A DNA stretch of 64,000 nt, taken from NCBI GenBank assembly GCA_951406725.2, contig OX597832.1:19468001-19532000 (forward strand). The letters run 5' to 3'. The notes under the pieces were generated by a model. It did no database searches and had not been told where the DNA came from. It saw only the letters and a program-made list of their open reading frames with translations. Shown one piece after another: positions 13,451 through 28,756 of the stretch. This stretch comes from Octopus vulgaris. Taxonomy: Eukaryota. The translations under genes were made by a program, and so were the position numbers. Numbering within the stretch: the first letter of the stretch is position 1; each line of letters opens with the position of its first letter.

Positions 13451-13779
13451 CTCTTTACTTGTTTCAGTCATTTTACGGTGGCCATGCTGGATGGAGCACC
13501 GCCTTTAGTCGAGCAAATCGATCCCAGAATTTATTCTTTGTAAGCCTGGTACTTATTCTATCGGGATCTTTTGCCGAACTGCTAAGTTACGGGGACGTAT
13601 ACGCACCACCATCGGTTGTCAAGCGATGCTGGGTGGGTGGGGGAGACAAACACAGATTCACAAACAAGGATTTGGTCGGCCCGAGGCTATAGTAGAAGAC
13701 ACTTACCCAATGTGCCATGCAGTGGGACTGAACCCGGAACCATGTGGTTCATTAGCAAGCTACGTACACAAAGCCACTC
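13451..13779 (-). mobile_element. SINE family A with internal deletion
   Basis: tttacttgtttcagtca...gccatgctgg tail through gtgggactgaacccggaaccatgtgg head. Confidence 0.85.
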
Positions 13780-13784
13780 ACACA

Positions 13785-13923
<139 letters not shown>

Positions 13924-14524
13924 AGAATGTGATTTCGGGGGCTGGCAAAGGGACATATGGAAAACGAGAAAAAAAACACACACAAAGGACAAGGACATGA
14001 TCAAACCCTCATCATTTGTCGACGAAATATCATTACAATATCGACATCAAATATGTACGTGCGTGCATGGGTGCGTGTGTATACGTGTGAGTGTGTGTTA
14101 GTGTATTTGAAAGTGTGTATGCCAGAAAGAGATATCGCAGTGTCCATGGGTATCAATATTGAATTGCACTGAAAAAATAATATTTATTACTAGAAATATA
14201 ATGCGTTTTAAATTGGTATGGTGATGTAAATGAGGTTTCCGATGTTTTGCATTCAGAACTTTTCCAGGAAGTGTAAGCGTAATTCAAAATGTCATAATGT
14301 TTCTCTCACAACGGGATACCAACGGGAATAATTTCCCTATAGATTTAAGGATATACTATAATATATATGTATGGGTGAGTATCTGTCTGTGAGGTGAGAC
14401 ATTCGGTAAGAAGACATATGCATATATATGTATATCAAAACGTATATCGATATATGTATGGATATACCTCTATACATATATGTGTATGTGTGTGTGAGTG
14501 TGTATATATATGCACACACACACA

Positions 14525-14580
<56 letters not shown>

Positions 14581-15154
14581 CACTCACATTCACCCACACA
14601 CAGCACATACACATACACACTGATGATTATGAGGGGAATGAAAATCTGCATTAATGAAATGACGTTCTATTATTTAAGTGTCACTGACGATGAACATGTG
14701 TGTTTGTTTATATATGCATATATATACATATAGATACGTGTGTGTGTCTATATGTACGTATGCCTCTGTATTTGTTTTACGTGTATGTTTGTGTCTATGT
14801 GTGTGCGTGTATCGTGCGTATTTGTATGAGCGCACTTGTAAGCTATATGCACAGTAGTTAGAGCTTTTTAATTCACATTGTTTACACACTTCATTTTGTT
14901 TGTCAGTCCATTCCTTTATGTTTACCTACTTACATTTAGGGTAGAGATTTAAGTAGCAGATCACCACATATGGCACATACAGCCTGGTTAATATCTGTGT
15001 GTGTGTATGTATATATGTCTGCGTCTGTGTGTGTGTGTGTGTGTGTGCATATACGTTTACGTATAACAAATATATGTGAGACCATATATACACATACAGA
15101 ATATACACACATATATGTATGTTCATATATTTATGTAAACATGTATATGTTTTA

Positions 15155-15805
<651 letters not shown>

Positions 15806-16390
15806 ATCCTTGTCTTAATCCACTCGTGCTTCATTTTCTCTCTTTGAAACTTCGTAGAACAACTGTGCACTCTTTTCCTTCATACCTTTCGGTCTTGTGC
15901 CTCTCTCTCTCCCATTGAACGACTGAAATTCCTGTTTGTGTTAGAGCAATTCTGAGGCAGTCCTTGAACCTCATTTAGAGTTTTTGTGCTGGTCCCCTCA
16001 CTAAACTTAATTTGGAAAGATATAACACAAATAGTTTGCGGTTCACTACAGCTGTTTCAGGTGCTGTGAGCCATTTGCGTTCTCACATATTTTACACGAT
16101 ACCTGGAACATTCATCACGTCAGATCTGGAACGTAGAATGGATCATCAAACAGCATGCCGGAATACGTCTGTATTTTTATATCAATGTTTCTATTGGTCT
16201 CTTCATGTGCAAGTGGATGCATGCGGTAGGACAAGTACTTATATATACAATAATATGTGCGTGTGTGTGTTCATATATGCGATTGTCGACCCTAAACTGG
16301 TCTTATTATTAAAATACCTCGGTTCAAATGAACCTTGCAAATAATTAATAATTACACACACACATGCACATACACAAACACATACATACA

Positions 16391-16690
<300 letters not shown>

Positions 16691-18053
16691 ACTTACACTT
16701 TGTAATTGCAAATTTATGTATTCATATTTGTATGTCGTTATTTAGCTTTATTTCAAGATTTTCGTGCCAATAATGAAAGGTTTGATTTCAACCTAGATTC
16801 AAGGCTTCTACATTAGAATTTCAACAACATTAATAGGGCGATTTTTGTATGTATTTATGTATGTATGTATGTATGTATGTATGTATGTATGTATGTATGT
16901 ATGTATGTATGTTTGTATGTATATATTTATGTATATTTGCATATGTGTAGATTTATATGTTTTGTGTTATGAATGTATTCTCATGCCTATAGCTGCATGT
17001 CTGGACATGCTTATATATACTTAAACTATAAACTTCTGGAAAGTTTTACAGATTTTTATTGTTCCAGTGATAACCTGGACCTGCAACCTTCGACTCATCC
17101 TTCTCCATATATATGTATATATGTATGTATATATGTACGTATGTATGTATGTATGTATGTATGTATGTATGTATGTATGTATGTATGTATGTATGTATGT
17201 ATGTATGTATGTATGTATGTACGTATGTATGCATACATGCATGCATGTTTGCATGTATGTACATATGTATATTGTGAAAGTATATTTTTGTTTTATTGAA
17301 ATAACCGCACACAAATATGAGAATATTCGTTGCACTCTTACTACCCAGTTTACTAAGAAAATTCCAAGAGTGACTTTAAGAATTTTATCAACATACATTT
17401 TATGATATGTATACAAAATATTATAAAATATAATACATTTTATAATATGTATTATACCTTTTTATCTTCTTGAAATTTCATACACATAGCACTATTATAT
17501 AATTCTTCGTTGATCGCTTGACCTCGGTCAAAATATGTCACCTCTGTTTTCCAGTCTTTTGTCTATTTATATATGTTTATTTATGATTTCTTACGCATCT
17601 GCTACCATTACATATGAGTCTATTCGTGTGTTTTACTCCTCCTTTATTACATTTTATTTTATCTTCTTTTGTCATGAAAGTTAGCAATAAAAATATGTAG
17701 ACATCATTCGACATGTGTGTGTATAAAGTATATTTGATATGTTTTCTTAACATACAAATCTATAGCAATTATATTTTAATCGCACGGTTTAAATGAATGC
17801 GGACGCAAATATTAATTTGGTAATATGATACCCAAATCATAAAGATACGAATTTCTTTATGTTTACACTGTCATATGCCAGCTCCTCTTTAGATATGCAG
17901 CATACACACATAAATATGTATACACGAACCCACACACATCTATGCATGAAAGCGCTTGGCGTATTAGTAAGGTTATTTGCCTCCTATCGGAAAACTAAGT
18001 TCGAACTCTGGATCGAGTGATGCCTTCATTCTTTTGGTATAAGCTCTGGTAGT

Positions 18054-18434
18054 GGAGGCGCAATGGCCCAGTGGTTAGGGCAGCGGACTCGCGGTCATAG
18101 GATCGCGGTTTCGATTCCCAGACCGGGCGTTGTGAGTGTTTATTGAGCGAAAACACCTAAAAGCTCCACGAGGCTCCGGCAGGGATGGTGGTGATCTCTG
18201 CTGTACTCTTTCACCACAATTTTCTCTCTCTTACTTCCTGTTTCTGTTGTACCTGTATTTCAAGGGGCTGGCCTTGTCACTCTCTGTGTCACGCTGAATA
18301 TCCCCGAGAACTACGTTAAGGGTGCACGTGTCTGTGGCGTGCTCAGCTACTTACACGTTAATTTCACGAGCAGGCTGTTCCGTTGATTCGGATCAACCGG
18401 AACCCTCGTCGTCGTAACTGACGGAGTGCTTCCC
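18054..18434 (+). mobile_element. SINE family B, full length, about 12-bp TSD
   Basis: Intact A/B boxes; flanked by ataagctctggt (18039-18050) and atgagctctggt (18435-18446). Confidence 0.9.
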
Positions 18435-18469
18435 ATGAGCTCTGGTGTAATCTACTCTATCTCTATCTC

Positions 18470-18876
18470 TCTTTACTCTTTTACTTGTTTCTGTCATTTG
18501 ACTGTGACCATGCTGGAGCACCGCCTTTAGTTGAGCAAATCGACCTCAGGACTTACTCTTTGTAAGCCTAGTAATTATTCTATCTGTTTTTTTGCCGAAC
18601 CGCTAAGTTACGGGGATAGAAAAAACACACAAGCATCGATTGTCGAACGATGTTGGGGGGAGACAAACACAGACACACAAACACACACATACACACACGC
18701 ACATATATATATATACATATATACGACGGGCTTCTTTAAGTTTCCGTCTACCAAATCCATTCACAAGGCCCGAGGCTATAGTAGAAGACACTTGCACGAG
18801 GTGCCACGCAGTGGGACTGAATCCGGAACCATGTGGCTGGTAAGCAAGCTACTTATCTCACAGCCACTCCTACGCC
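18470..18876 (-). mobile_element. SINE family A, near full length
   Basis: Reverse complement of 23280-23665. Confidence 0.9.
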
Positions 18877-19003
18877 TGTCGTCATGGAAGTACCAACGGG
18901 TAAATGACAGAGGGTGAAGGGTCTATCTATGTCTGATGGGACACCGGCTCGAAGAATGTCAGGCGAATGAATCGCTCCATTATTCCTTTCTAAAAACCTG
19001 GTA

Positions 19004-19140
19004 TTTCATCCATCTTTACGTTCAAATGCCACTGATGTTGACTTTGCCACTCATCTTTTCCGGGTCGATAAAATAACTACCAGTTATGTACTTGGACTGA
19101 TGTAATCGATTAAACACTCTCCTCCCACTAGAATTTGCGC
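19004..19140 (+). mobile_element. Degenerate SINE family C fragment
   Basis: ttgactttgccactcatcttttccgggtcgataaaataactaccag core. Confidence 0.6.
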
Positions 19141-19181
19141 ATTTAAGTCAACATTTGAAACTAACTTTCTGTCTGTCTGTA

Positions 19182-19258
<77 letters not shown>

Positions 19259-19261
<3 letters not shown>

Positions 19262-19483
19262 TTTCCGTCCTTGTTTTCGTATACATTCGCTGCTTCCTTC
19301 CAAGGAATCTAATGCTCTTAGCTTAGTTTTTCCTTGGGGTTGGCCAGATTGGAGCAATCTCGAGTATAACCAGCCGAAATTGCAACGATAATCTGGAACT
19401 CGAATGAGGAAAAAAAAAACCCAAATGACCAGTCCTTGTTTGCTTTGTATCTTCTATCTGGATGTTTTGTTGTCCCTATTTTG

Positions 19484-19486
<3 letters not shown>
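19259..19486 (+). mobile_element. Short PLE-terminus-like insert bounded by (CT)n(TA)n on both sides
   Basis: Unique 230 bp between two (CT)n(TA)n tracts; T-rich end like other PLE tails in the window. Confidence 0.35.
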
Positions 19487-19561
<75 letters not shown>

Positions 19562-19563
<2 letters not shown>

Positions 19564-19808
19564 GCACCCTTTTTAAAGCCTAGCCAGGCTCATGGGCCCG
19601 CTTTCCCGGATTCCGTGGCGTATGTGTTCCCCAGCTGGATGGGACGCCAGCCCATCCCAGCGTTATTCATTTTTGCCAGGTGAGTGGACTGGAGCAACGT
19701 GAAATGAAGTGTTTTGCTGAAGAACACAACGCGTCACCCGGTCCAGGAATCGAAACCACAATCTTACGATCATGATGCTGACACCCTAAACACCAACCCA
19801 CACGCCTA
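19562..19808 (-). mobile_element. SINE family D, full length
   Basis: Reverse complement of 58787-58995 (head, gtgttcttcagcaaaacacttcatttcacgttgctccagtccactca domain, ggcgtcccatccagctgggg tail). Confidence 0.85.
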
Positions 19809-19940
19809 CACACACACACACACACATATATATTTGCATGAGTAGATGTGCATATGTGTGTGTGTGTATATGTATGTATATATATATATATATATTTGAT
19901 TGTTGTCATAACCTTATATATACAAGGAAATATGTGTATG

Positions 19941-19984
<44 letters not shown>

Positions 19985-21127
19985 GATAGAGAGAGGGAAA
20001 GAGAAGGTGAGAGAGAGAAGAGAGAAGAAAGAGTGAACCAGTACTAAAAGGACAATGAACTTTGAGAAACCTTGAAAGTGATTGACATACACGTTTAGAA
20101 TTTCTGAATTCAAAAATCGCATCTGAAGTACTTGTTATACCCTCGAAGTTCCCTGACCGTTTATTTAAATATTGTATAGATATACAGCAATATATAAATA
20201 TTAATATTTTCAAAAATTAAACCGACTTAGCAAGGCTGGTATTTATTAATTTATTTTCTCTATTTTTATGCCATTCATTTTCATACGTCACATGGCGATA
20301 TAATAATTTCATCTGGTTATTAGTCAGTGAAGGGTTATGACTTGATGTTTGCCACTTTTCAGAGATGACCCTTGCCAAGACAGATCAATCAACACGAGAT
20401 TCATCATCTGCTAGTGATTAAAATTCCAGGCTTCACCTCTGAGATTGAAAAAGAAATAAATAAAATAAATATAAATTACACATGTAAAATGAAATAAAAC
20501 TTGCTATTGATTTTTATTGGCTGTTGCGAAACTGCAACTAAAATGAATTATAGAAACATTAAAATGCTCTTCAACAAGTTAACGGGGCGCCTCTGTGCGG
20601 TCGTTTCCTATGCTAGTAATAGCAGCCAACTCTACTCCGCACTCTAGTAAAAGCACGTAGGACCATCTGAAAAAGATGGAGGACAGAATGTGGTCCTAGA
20701 TATACATATCAAGACTGGATGGTCTCAGTCAGAACGGCTTGAATGGATTGTTGCCCTGCTCAAAAGGGAACGAATATGTGCGGTAAATTGGAAACTTCAT
20801 TAGAACGTCGAAGATAATGCTTCACAGAATATGTTCCGGCTCAGTGGTTCTATGTTCAACAATGACCGAAGCCAACTCGGAGTTTCAAATTATTGTTGAA
20901 CACCCTGGAATATATGAGCATCAGACAAGATTCCTTGCTTCAATGCGTTCTTATTTCAAATCCAAGAAAGGCTTGATTACTTGGTTGGTCTACATAATCG
21001 ATTGCCCGGTTTAATATCATTATTTTGTATATTCCGTGCCTACAATCCAGGGGCCTGGGTCTCCGGTTGAGCAGAGTTCTGCAAGATGTCCACAACACAC
21101 CCACAGACTATATTTCCCATATATGTA

Positions 21128-21171
<44 letters not shown>

Positions 21172-21334
21172 TACATATACGGGAAATATACATACATACA
21201 AACATACATACATATATACATATATATATACACATGCATATATGGGTACAGGACGTCACTAAACAGTAAACAGTATGAAATACGAAAGCATATGTATTCA
21301 ATACGCAAACAGCGAGAGAAACAAAGGATCTTCG

Positions 21335-21853
21335 TCAGAAGATCCTATAAGTCTTCCGTTGTCGCCAGCTAGATCCCACCACACTCCCAATTTTCTCCAA
21401 CACATCCTTGGCCTCATTCAATCGCGCCCGTAATCTATGCGATCTGCTTGTCCGTAACTCCCAGTCTCCTCCATTCCCACTTAACTCGGATCCTTCTCTT
21501 GCTCCAGACCCCGTTTCCACACCCGTCCTTTCATCACTAACAACACCTCCCTCACTTGATCCAACCAGCACACCCTCTACATTAGGAACTCCTTCTCCTT
21601 CACGTCTTCAGAACTTATTTACTGTCTCATGTGCAATCTTTGCAAAAAAAACTTTATGTTGGTCAGACGGGCTTTCGGCTTGCCGACCTGTTCACCGAAC
21701 ACCCGCGTCCGTCATTTTTGCTTGGCCGGCCACTCCACATCAGACCTCACCGTCGGCTGCCTTGCCCTACACTATGGATACACCAACTCTAGACTCCGTT
21801 CGAAATATCGCTACATTTTCGCTCTAGGTACTCGAACTCATTTCGATCTCAAC
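21335..21853 (+). pseudogene. Penelope-like retroelement ORF C-terminus (linker plus GIY-YIG endonuclease), frameshifted
   Basis: Manual translation: LDPTTLPIFSNTSLASFNRARNLCDLLVRNS...ELIYCLMCNLCKK/LYVGQTGFRLADLFTEHPR/VRHFCLAGHSTSDL...YRYIFALGTRTHFDLN; matches the xIY-CxxC-YVGQT-EH pattern of PLE endonucleases. Confidence 0.8.
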
Positions 21854-22934
21854 ACAATCCCCCAGTGCCCTTCCCCACAAACCATATACCCACCACCATA
21901 CACACCCATACGCACATATACATATACACACACTCACACATACATACATATCCATACGCACACACACAAACACATATACAGTAATAACTTTACCAACGTA
22001 CAGAACGTTGTCATTCCGCCCCTCACACACCGCGCACACACCGCACACACACACACATCCACACATCCACTCGAACACACGCACCATACATTCACGCGCA
22101 CACACACATGCCCGGTCACACACATACTCACATGCATAAATGTGCACACATACCCAGACGGACACATGTACACACACACACATATGTGTGTGTGAGTACG
22201 TATGTCAAATTAATACACACTTGTTGTCCCTACACCTGTCTTCGTCTTTGTTTTTCTATTAATTTGAACTGGATGTAAATATATATATATATATATATAC
22301 ATATATAGAGAGAGAGAGACAGAGAGAGAGAAACCCACTCCACATCTTTCCAAACTGCGCTGACTCACTATTGACCATTCTGTCTTCGCACACATGCAAT
22401 CACACACACACACACACACACATACACACACACACACCCACATACACACACCTACATACACGCACGCATACACACATACACGCACACACACACGCACATA
22501 CATAGAGTCACGCCCTTTAACACACCTTTTCTCTATAGCTGCTGACTTGCTATTGACCTCTCACTGCGACATATACATTAACGCTAACACACACGCACAC
22601 AGACCCTACCACACACACACACAGAAGACTCACACAAACACAAACACACTCACACACTGTTACTATGACAGATACAGGCTACAACACACACACACGCTAA
22701 CACACACATATATACACACACTCTACCACATATACACAGACGACTCACACAAACACAAACACACACACAGTTACTACGACAGACACAGGCTACAACACAG
22801 ACACACACACACACACATACAGACCCTCTTTATACTCTCCTATCTCAGATACCACTTTCTCTTTCATCTTCCACTTACGGTCACTTCAAAAATGTAACAC
22901 AACGTGGATTCTTGGCGAATTTTCACGAGACAGT

Positions 22935-23206
22935 TGGTTCGATTCCCGGACCTAGCTGTGTGTTGTGATCTTCAGCAAGGTACTTTATTTCACGTTGCTC
23001 CAGTTCACTCAGCTGAAGAAGTTAGTTGCGACGTTACTAGTGCCCAGCTTTCCCTTGGATAACACCGTTGGCGTGAGTATCATAGGTTTCAATGCATGAG
23101 CAACTATTGGTCTTCCATAAACAACCTTGTCCGGATTTGTGCCTCTTAGGGTAACTTTCCTGAGTGTAATCCCATGGAAATTCATGACCGAATGTAGTGT
23201 TTACCG
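22935..23206 (+). mobile_element. SINE family D-type central domain with a third tail type
   Basis: ggttcgattcccggacc B-box and ctttatttcacgttgctccagttcactcagctg domain. Confidence 0.55.
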
Positions 23207-23279
23207 TTTACCCAAATATCGTGTATGCATGCATGTATATATGTATATATACATGCATGTGTGTATGCATATATTTATA

Positions 23280-23665
23280 GCGTAGGAGTGGCTGTGTGGT
23301 AAGTAGCTTGCTTACGAACCACATGGTTCCGGGTTCAGTCCCACTGCGTGGCACCTTGGGCAAGTGTCTTCTACTATAGCCTCGGGCCAACCAAAGCCTT
23401 GTAAGTGAATTTGGTAGACAGAAACTGAAAGAAGCCCGTCGTATATATGTATATATATGTGTATGTGTGTCTGTGTTTGTCCTCCCCACCAACATCGCTT
23501 GACATCGATGCTAGTGTGTTTACGTCCCCATAACTCACCGGTTCGACAAAAGAGATCCGATAGAATAATTACCAGGCTTACAAAGAATAAGTCCTGGAGT
23601 CGATTTGCTCGACTAAAGGCGGTGCTCCAGCATGGCCTCATTCAAATGACTGAAACAAGTAAAAG
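23280..23665 (+). mobile_element. SINE family A, full length (reference copy)
   Basis: tRNA-like head tggctgtgtgg...gggttcagtccc, central (TA)/(TG) linker, tail ending gactgaaacaagtaaaag. Confidence 0.9.
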
Positions 23666-24267
23666 TGTTAAGAGTATATATTATGTTTCTATATATGCGT
23701 GTATGTTTGTATACGTGTATGTGCGTGTTAAAACTCACTTATGACATTGTTAAAAGTTTCATGAATTTTGAATTATATATATATATATTTTGTATATTTT
23801 CAGATAAACCTCCCAAGACTGGTCTTCCGCAATGCCTTTATATCAGAGAAGAAGCAACTTGTGTAACGAATAATAAATAAACCTATAAAATTTTTAAATT
23901 ATTAGTTTTCCTTTATTCATTGCTTACCTTCACGCGGTATTTTCTCATGTACAATCTATTCACGCTTTGGTTTATGCACCAAAACTTTAGCCCATACAAG
24001 GAATAATTTAATTTTCACGTAGCACAAGACGATTACACTCCAAGTAATGGTAAAAAAACTTCATAATTTGTTTTCCGTTTATCTATAAACACTGGATTAC
24101 TTTATCATTGCATCCCTTTGCGTCTTGATACTTATGAGATACAGATCAATATAGTAAAAACGAGTATGAATAAAGTAGCAGATTTAAGCTGATCCCTTAA
24201 AAGGTAAAAAAAACTTTGGCCCATCAAAGTCGTATGCAAATTCCGGAATCATTTCCAGATAAATTTT

Positions 24268-24710
24268 CTATGTATGCCCGTACTTATGCATGCATGCGTG
24301 TATGTATATATGTATGTATGCGTACATATATGTATGTATGCAGGCGTGTATGTATGCATGAATGTATATATGTATGTATATATATGTATGTATACATGTA
24401 TGTATGCATGTGTGTATGTAAGTATGCAGGTATGTATATATGCATGTATGTATATATGTATGTATGTATACATGTATGTACGCATGCATGTATGTATGCA
24501 TGTATATATGTACGCATGCATGTATGTATACATATGTATATATGTATACACAGATGTGTATGTACCTGTAAATATGCATGGAATATATATATAGATATAT
24601 GTCTGTATGTTGCATGTATATATATACATACATGTGTGAATGTATGAGTGTATGCGTGCGTGTCTGTGTGTATGTGTATGTAAGTGCGCGTGAATGCGCA
24701 GATATACATA
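24268..24710. repeat. Degenerate (TATG)n array
   Basis: Direct reading. Confidence 0.9.
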
Positions 24711-25237
24711 TGTTTGTTATTTTCTGCTTGAGTTTATTGTCACACTAATCTAAGGATTTTTCCTGCCCCAATCAGAACCTTGTCTACACAGCCATACACG
24801 AACCCACTTCTTCCCTCTGACATCTTTCATCTATTAAAAACTTCATAGTAACATCCATTCACACACGCACTAATTATTCCTTTCCTGAAATATCCACACT
24901 GAATAACCAGGGCTCCCTTTTCATCTGCATTCGTAACATTTTCACAGAAATGTTCGCTAGCCACTTCGATAACGTGTTAATATTCTTAGTCGTCACCAAC
25001 ATGCATGTTCCGAGACTCCAAGTCTTCAAACAGTTCTCCTTCCGTTTATGCTCAATGAGTATCAGATGGACTTAGTGTCATGCCCTGCAACGATGACCTG
25101 TTGACTCTTAGACACTTCCAAGATCAAAGCACCGTACCTTGACTCGCCAATTTCATCTTCTTTTCATAAACCAAATTGTCTTCACTAATAAATTTGTCCT
25201 TTTTGCTCATTAAATATTCAATGTTAAATAAAGTTGC

Positions 25238-25644
25238 TCAGGAGAGGCTGTGTGGAAAGTAGCTTGCTTGCGAACCACATGGTCCGGGTTCAGTCCCACT
25301 GCGTGGCACATTGGGCAAGTGTCTTCTACTATAGCCTCGAGCCGACCAAACCTTGTGAGTGGATTTGGTAGACCGAAACCGAAAGAAGCCCGTCGTATAT
25401 ATATATATATGCGTGTATGTGTGTGTGTGTGTGTGTGTACCTTTGTTTGTCTGTATTTGTCGCCCCTGCATCGCTTGACAACCGATGCTGGTGTGTTTAC
25501 GTCCTCGTAACTTAGCGGTTCGGCGAATGATACCGATAGAATAAGTATTAGGCTTCCAAAGAATAATTCCTGGGGTCGATTTGCTCAACTAAAGGCGGTG
25601 CTCCAGCATGGCCATTGTCAAATGACTTAAGCAAGTAAAAGAGT
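25238..25644 (+). mobile_element. SINE family A, full length
   Basis: High similarity to 23280-23665. Confidence 0.9.
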
Positions 25645-25856
25645 ATATATATGACCGGCATACGTGTGTATTGGTGTTGTATAAATGGTTTATATTTGCG
25701 GAAATCATTACTGAAGCTGCTTACGCTGCAAAATGTTAGAGTGTCATACGCAAACATTGTTTAATGAAACCGTGCACCCATACACAACAGCGCTTGATGT
25801 GTGAAGTGTGAGAAAGTGCAATCCGGAAGTACACCTTAATATAGCCATGTGAAATT

Positions 25857-26111
25857 TATGCGCTCTTTTCAAGCCTAGCCAAGGTCATGGGCCCGGTTTC
25901 TATGGCATATGGACGGGACACCAGGCCATCGCAGCGTTACTCAAGAAATAGGAAGAAAGAGTACAACAAGGGTCACCACTACCCTCTGCCGGAGCCTCGT
26001 GAAACTTTAGCTGTTTTCGCTCAATAAACACTCGCAACGCCCGGTCTGGGAATCGAAACTGCGATCCTCCGACCGCGAGTCTGCTGCGCTAACCACTGGG
26101 TCATTGCGCCT

Positions 26112-26113
<2 letters not shown>
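25857..26113 (-). mobile_element. Chimeric SINE: family B head/body joined to family D tail
   Basis: 25945-26113 is family B; 25857-25945 matches the tail of 19562-19665 (aagcctagccaag...catgggcccgg). Confidence 0.75.
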
Positions 26114-26151
<38 letters not shown>

Positions 26152-26807
26152 CCACATATACATATACATATATATACATATATATACGTATATGTATGCA
26201 TGTATGTATGTATGTACAAATATCATTGCATGGATATAAAAATCCTTTAATATAATATATTTCATTTCTTCCAGCGAATATGAGAATTAAATCATATATA
26301 ATGTAAGAGAATTTGAAGATTTTCACAAAAGAAATATATGTCTCTAATTATCTTCGGTTTTGCTTCTCAATAAAATTAGTTCCTGCTATTGATCAATAAA
26401 GCTTACAGACAGTTTCTATTTGCGTATTTTCTTATTTGTATTTTACTTCTCTCTAGTGAGCAAGCTGTTGATGGAGAGCCGTGTATAAAATTAAAACGAA
26501 ATGAATGGCGTAGCTAAATTTACGTATTTGCTTAAATAGTCCGGGAATGTGTGATTACATATATATATAGATATATATATATACATTCAGACGCACATGC
26601 ATAAACATATATAATATAATACATATATACATGTATACATGTACACGGGCTTAGAAGCGTGTATATGATTGATTATCCGTGAATGAGTGTGTGTTTCTAT
26701 GTAATTACACAAATGCTTCTTAGATGTCTTCTGCATTTACAATGATATCTATGTATCTATCTGTCTATCTATGATTTAACTACTTCAATCCTTCCCTTTC
26801 TCTTTAT

Positions 26808-26857
<50 letters not shown>

Positions 26858-26858
26858 C

Positions 26859-26939
<81 letters not shown>

Positions 26940-26959
26940 AATATATGTATATATATTTT

Positions 26960-27106
26960 TTTACCTCTTTGCTTGTTTCAGTCATTTGACTGTGGCCATG
27001 CTGGGGCACCGCCTTTAGTCGAGCAAATCGACCCCAGGACTTACTCTTTGTAAGCCTAGTACTTATTCTATCGGTCTGTTTTGGCGAAACGCTAGCTTAC
27101 GGTAAC
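26960..27106 (-). mobile_element. SINE family A 3' fragment
   Basis: cttgtttcagtcatttgactgtggccatgctggggcaccgcctttagtcgagcaaatcgacccc. Confidence 0.85.
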
Positions 27107-27624
27107 GTCTATATATATTTATATAATATTTAATATATATATGTATAAATAACATATAATACACACACACAGACACATACACACACACACACTCATATAC
27201 ATATATAAATGTGTATATATATGTTTGTCTATCTGTTAGTCTAGATATATGCATGTGTATGTGTGTGTATGTGCGTGTTTGTGTGTGTATGTGTGTGTGT
27301 GTATGTGTGTGTGTGTGTGTATGTTTGTGCAGATATGTTACTTCGTCGATTGCACATAAACCTGTACCCATATGCAATATCGAAATCATACTATCACAAG
27401 TGGATCGATTGGCTATCTCTCTCGAATTTCAGTCACGTGTAGCTGCGTGGTACCATATTCGTACTGCTCAAGTTATAGTTGACTACATATGCCTCTGTCC
27501 GTGATAGTCCGTTTCCCAAGACTACAGTGATATCGATGATGATTTTCATAAAACATTTTCTTCCGTTCTTTGATCATATCCAAAACTGCCAAGATATGAC
27601 AGCATCGATATCGCTTCTATATCC

Positions 27625-27721
27625 GCGCCGGACGAAATGCTTAGCGGTATTTCGTCTGTCGTTACTTTCTGAGTTCGAACGCCGCCGAGGTCGATTTTGC
27701 CTTTCATCCTTTCGGGGTCGT
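27625..27721 (+). mobile_element. SINE family C fragment
   Basis: cgaaatgcttagcggtatttcgtctg...gcctttcatcctttcggggtcg. Confidence 0.8.
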
Positions 27722-27873
27722 TCTATATCAGAGAGCTTAGTTATGTCTCAGGAGAGGTGTTTCAAACCTTATTACTCTCTATGAGGTTCATAGTCATATG
27801 TATATTCCCCCCCCACACACACACACACATTGTTAACTGTCGACTGGCGTTCGCTGCAAAGGTTTTGTGGTCC

Positions 27874-28268
27874 GACGAGCTGGCAGAAACGTTAGCACGC
27901 CGGGCGAAATGCTTTGCGGTATTTCGTCTGCCGCTACGTTCTGAGTTCAAATTCCGCCGAGGTCGACTTTATCTTTCATCCTTTCGAGGTCGATAAATTA
28001 AGTACCAGTTACGCACTGGGGTTGATTACATCGACTTAATCCGTTTGTCTGTCCTTGTTTGTCATCTCTGTGTTTAGCCCCTTGTGGGTAGTAAAGAAAT
28101 AGGTATTTCGTCTGTCTTTACGTTGTAAGTTCAAATTCCGCCGTGGTCGACTTTGCCTTTCATCCTTACGGGGTCGATAAATTAAGTAGCAGTTGCGTAC
28201 TCGAGTCGTTCTAATCGGCTGGCCCTCTCCCGCAAAATTTCGGACCCTTTGCCTAGAGTAGAAAAGAA
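27874..28268 (+). mobile_element. Dimeric SINE family C
   Basis: cgagctggcagaaacgttagcacgccggg head, two gttcaaattccgcc...ctttcatcc...gtcgataaattaagta units, cctagagtagaaaagaat tail. Confidence 0.9.
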
Positions 28269-28670
28269 TATCGCTTTTTGTTTCTAAACATTTGTGCTTT
28301 CTTTCTTTCTTTCGTTCTTTCTTTCTTTCTTTCTTTCTTACGCTCTTTTTCGCTACTCTGTGATATTCACTATTTCAATCTGCATACACGTGCATACATA
28401 CATGCACGCACACATGCATATACACACACAGAAACACACACTCACGCACACACACACTCACGCACACACACACTCACGCACACACATATATGCATAGATG
28501 GCTTGTTTATTTTGTTTTTACTCTCGCTTCTCATAATGTGACTTCTCTCTTTCACATTCACCATCTTTAACCGTCTCTCTGTTTCTCGCCCCCTCTCTCC
28601 AATTCTCCCACTCTCTCATTGTCTGCCTGTCTCTTTCTCATTCTCCCTCTTCTCACTCTCTCTCTTCTCT

Positions 28671-28674
<4 letters not shown>

Positions 28675-28756
<82 letters not shown>

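Noticed and set aside
13925-14015. AUGAUGA GGG...CCC GAAA motif on the minus strand
   Set aside because: C3 is missing, the stem II loop is about 60 nt and stems I and III are unsupported; counted only as a possible PLE stub.
18054-18125. tRNA gene candidates at SINE heads (also 23284, 42630, 58787)
   Set aside because: A/B boxes are present but there is no proper cloverleaf or terminator, and each continues into a repeat body.
24750-25150. Possible second decayed PLE endonuclease
   Set aside because: Too degenerate; no intact diagnostic motif.
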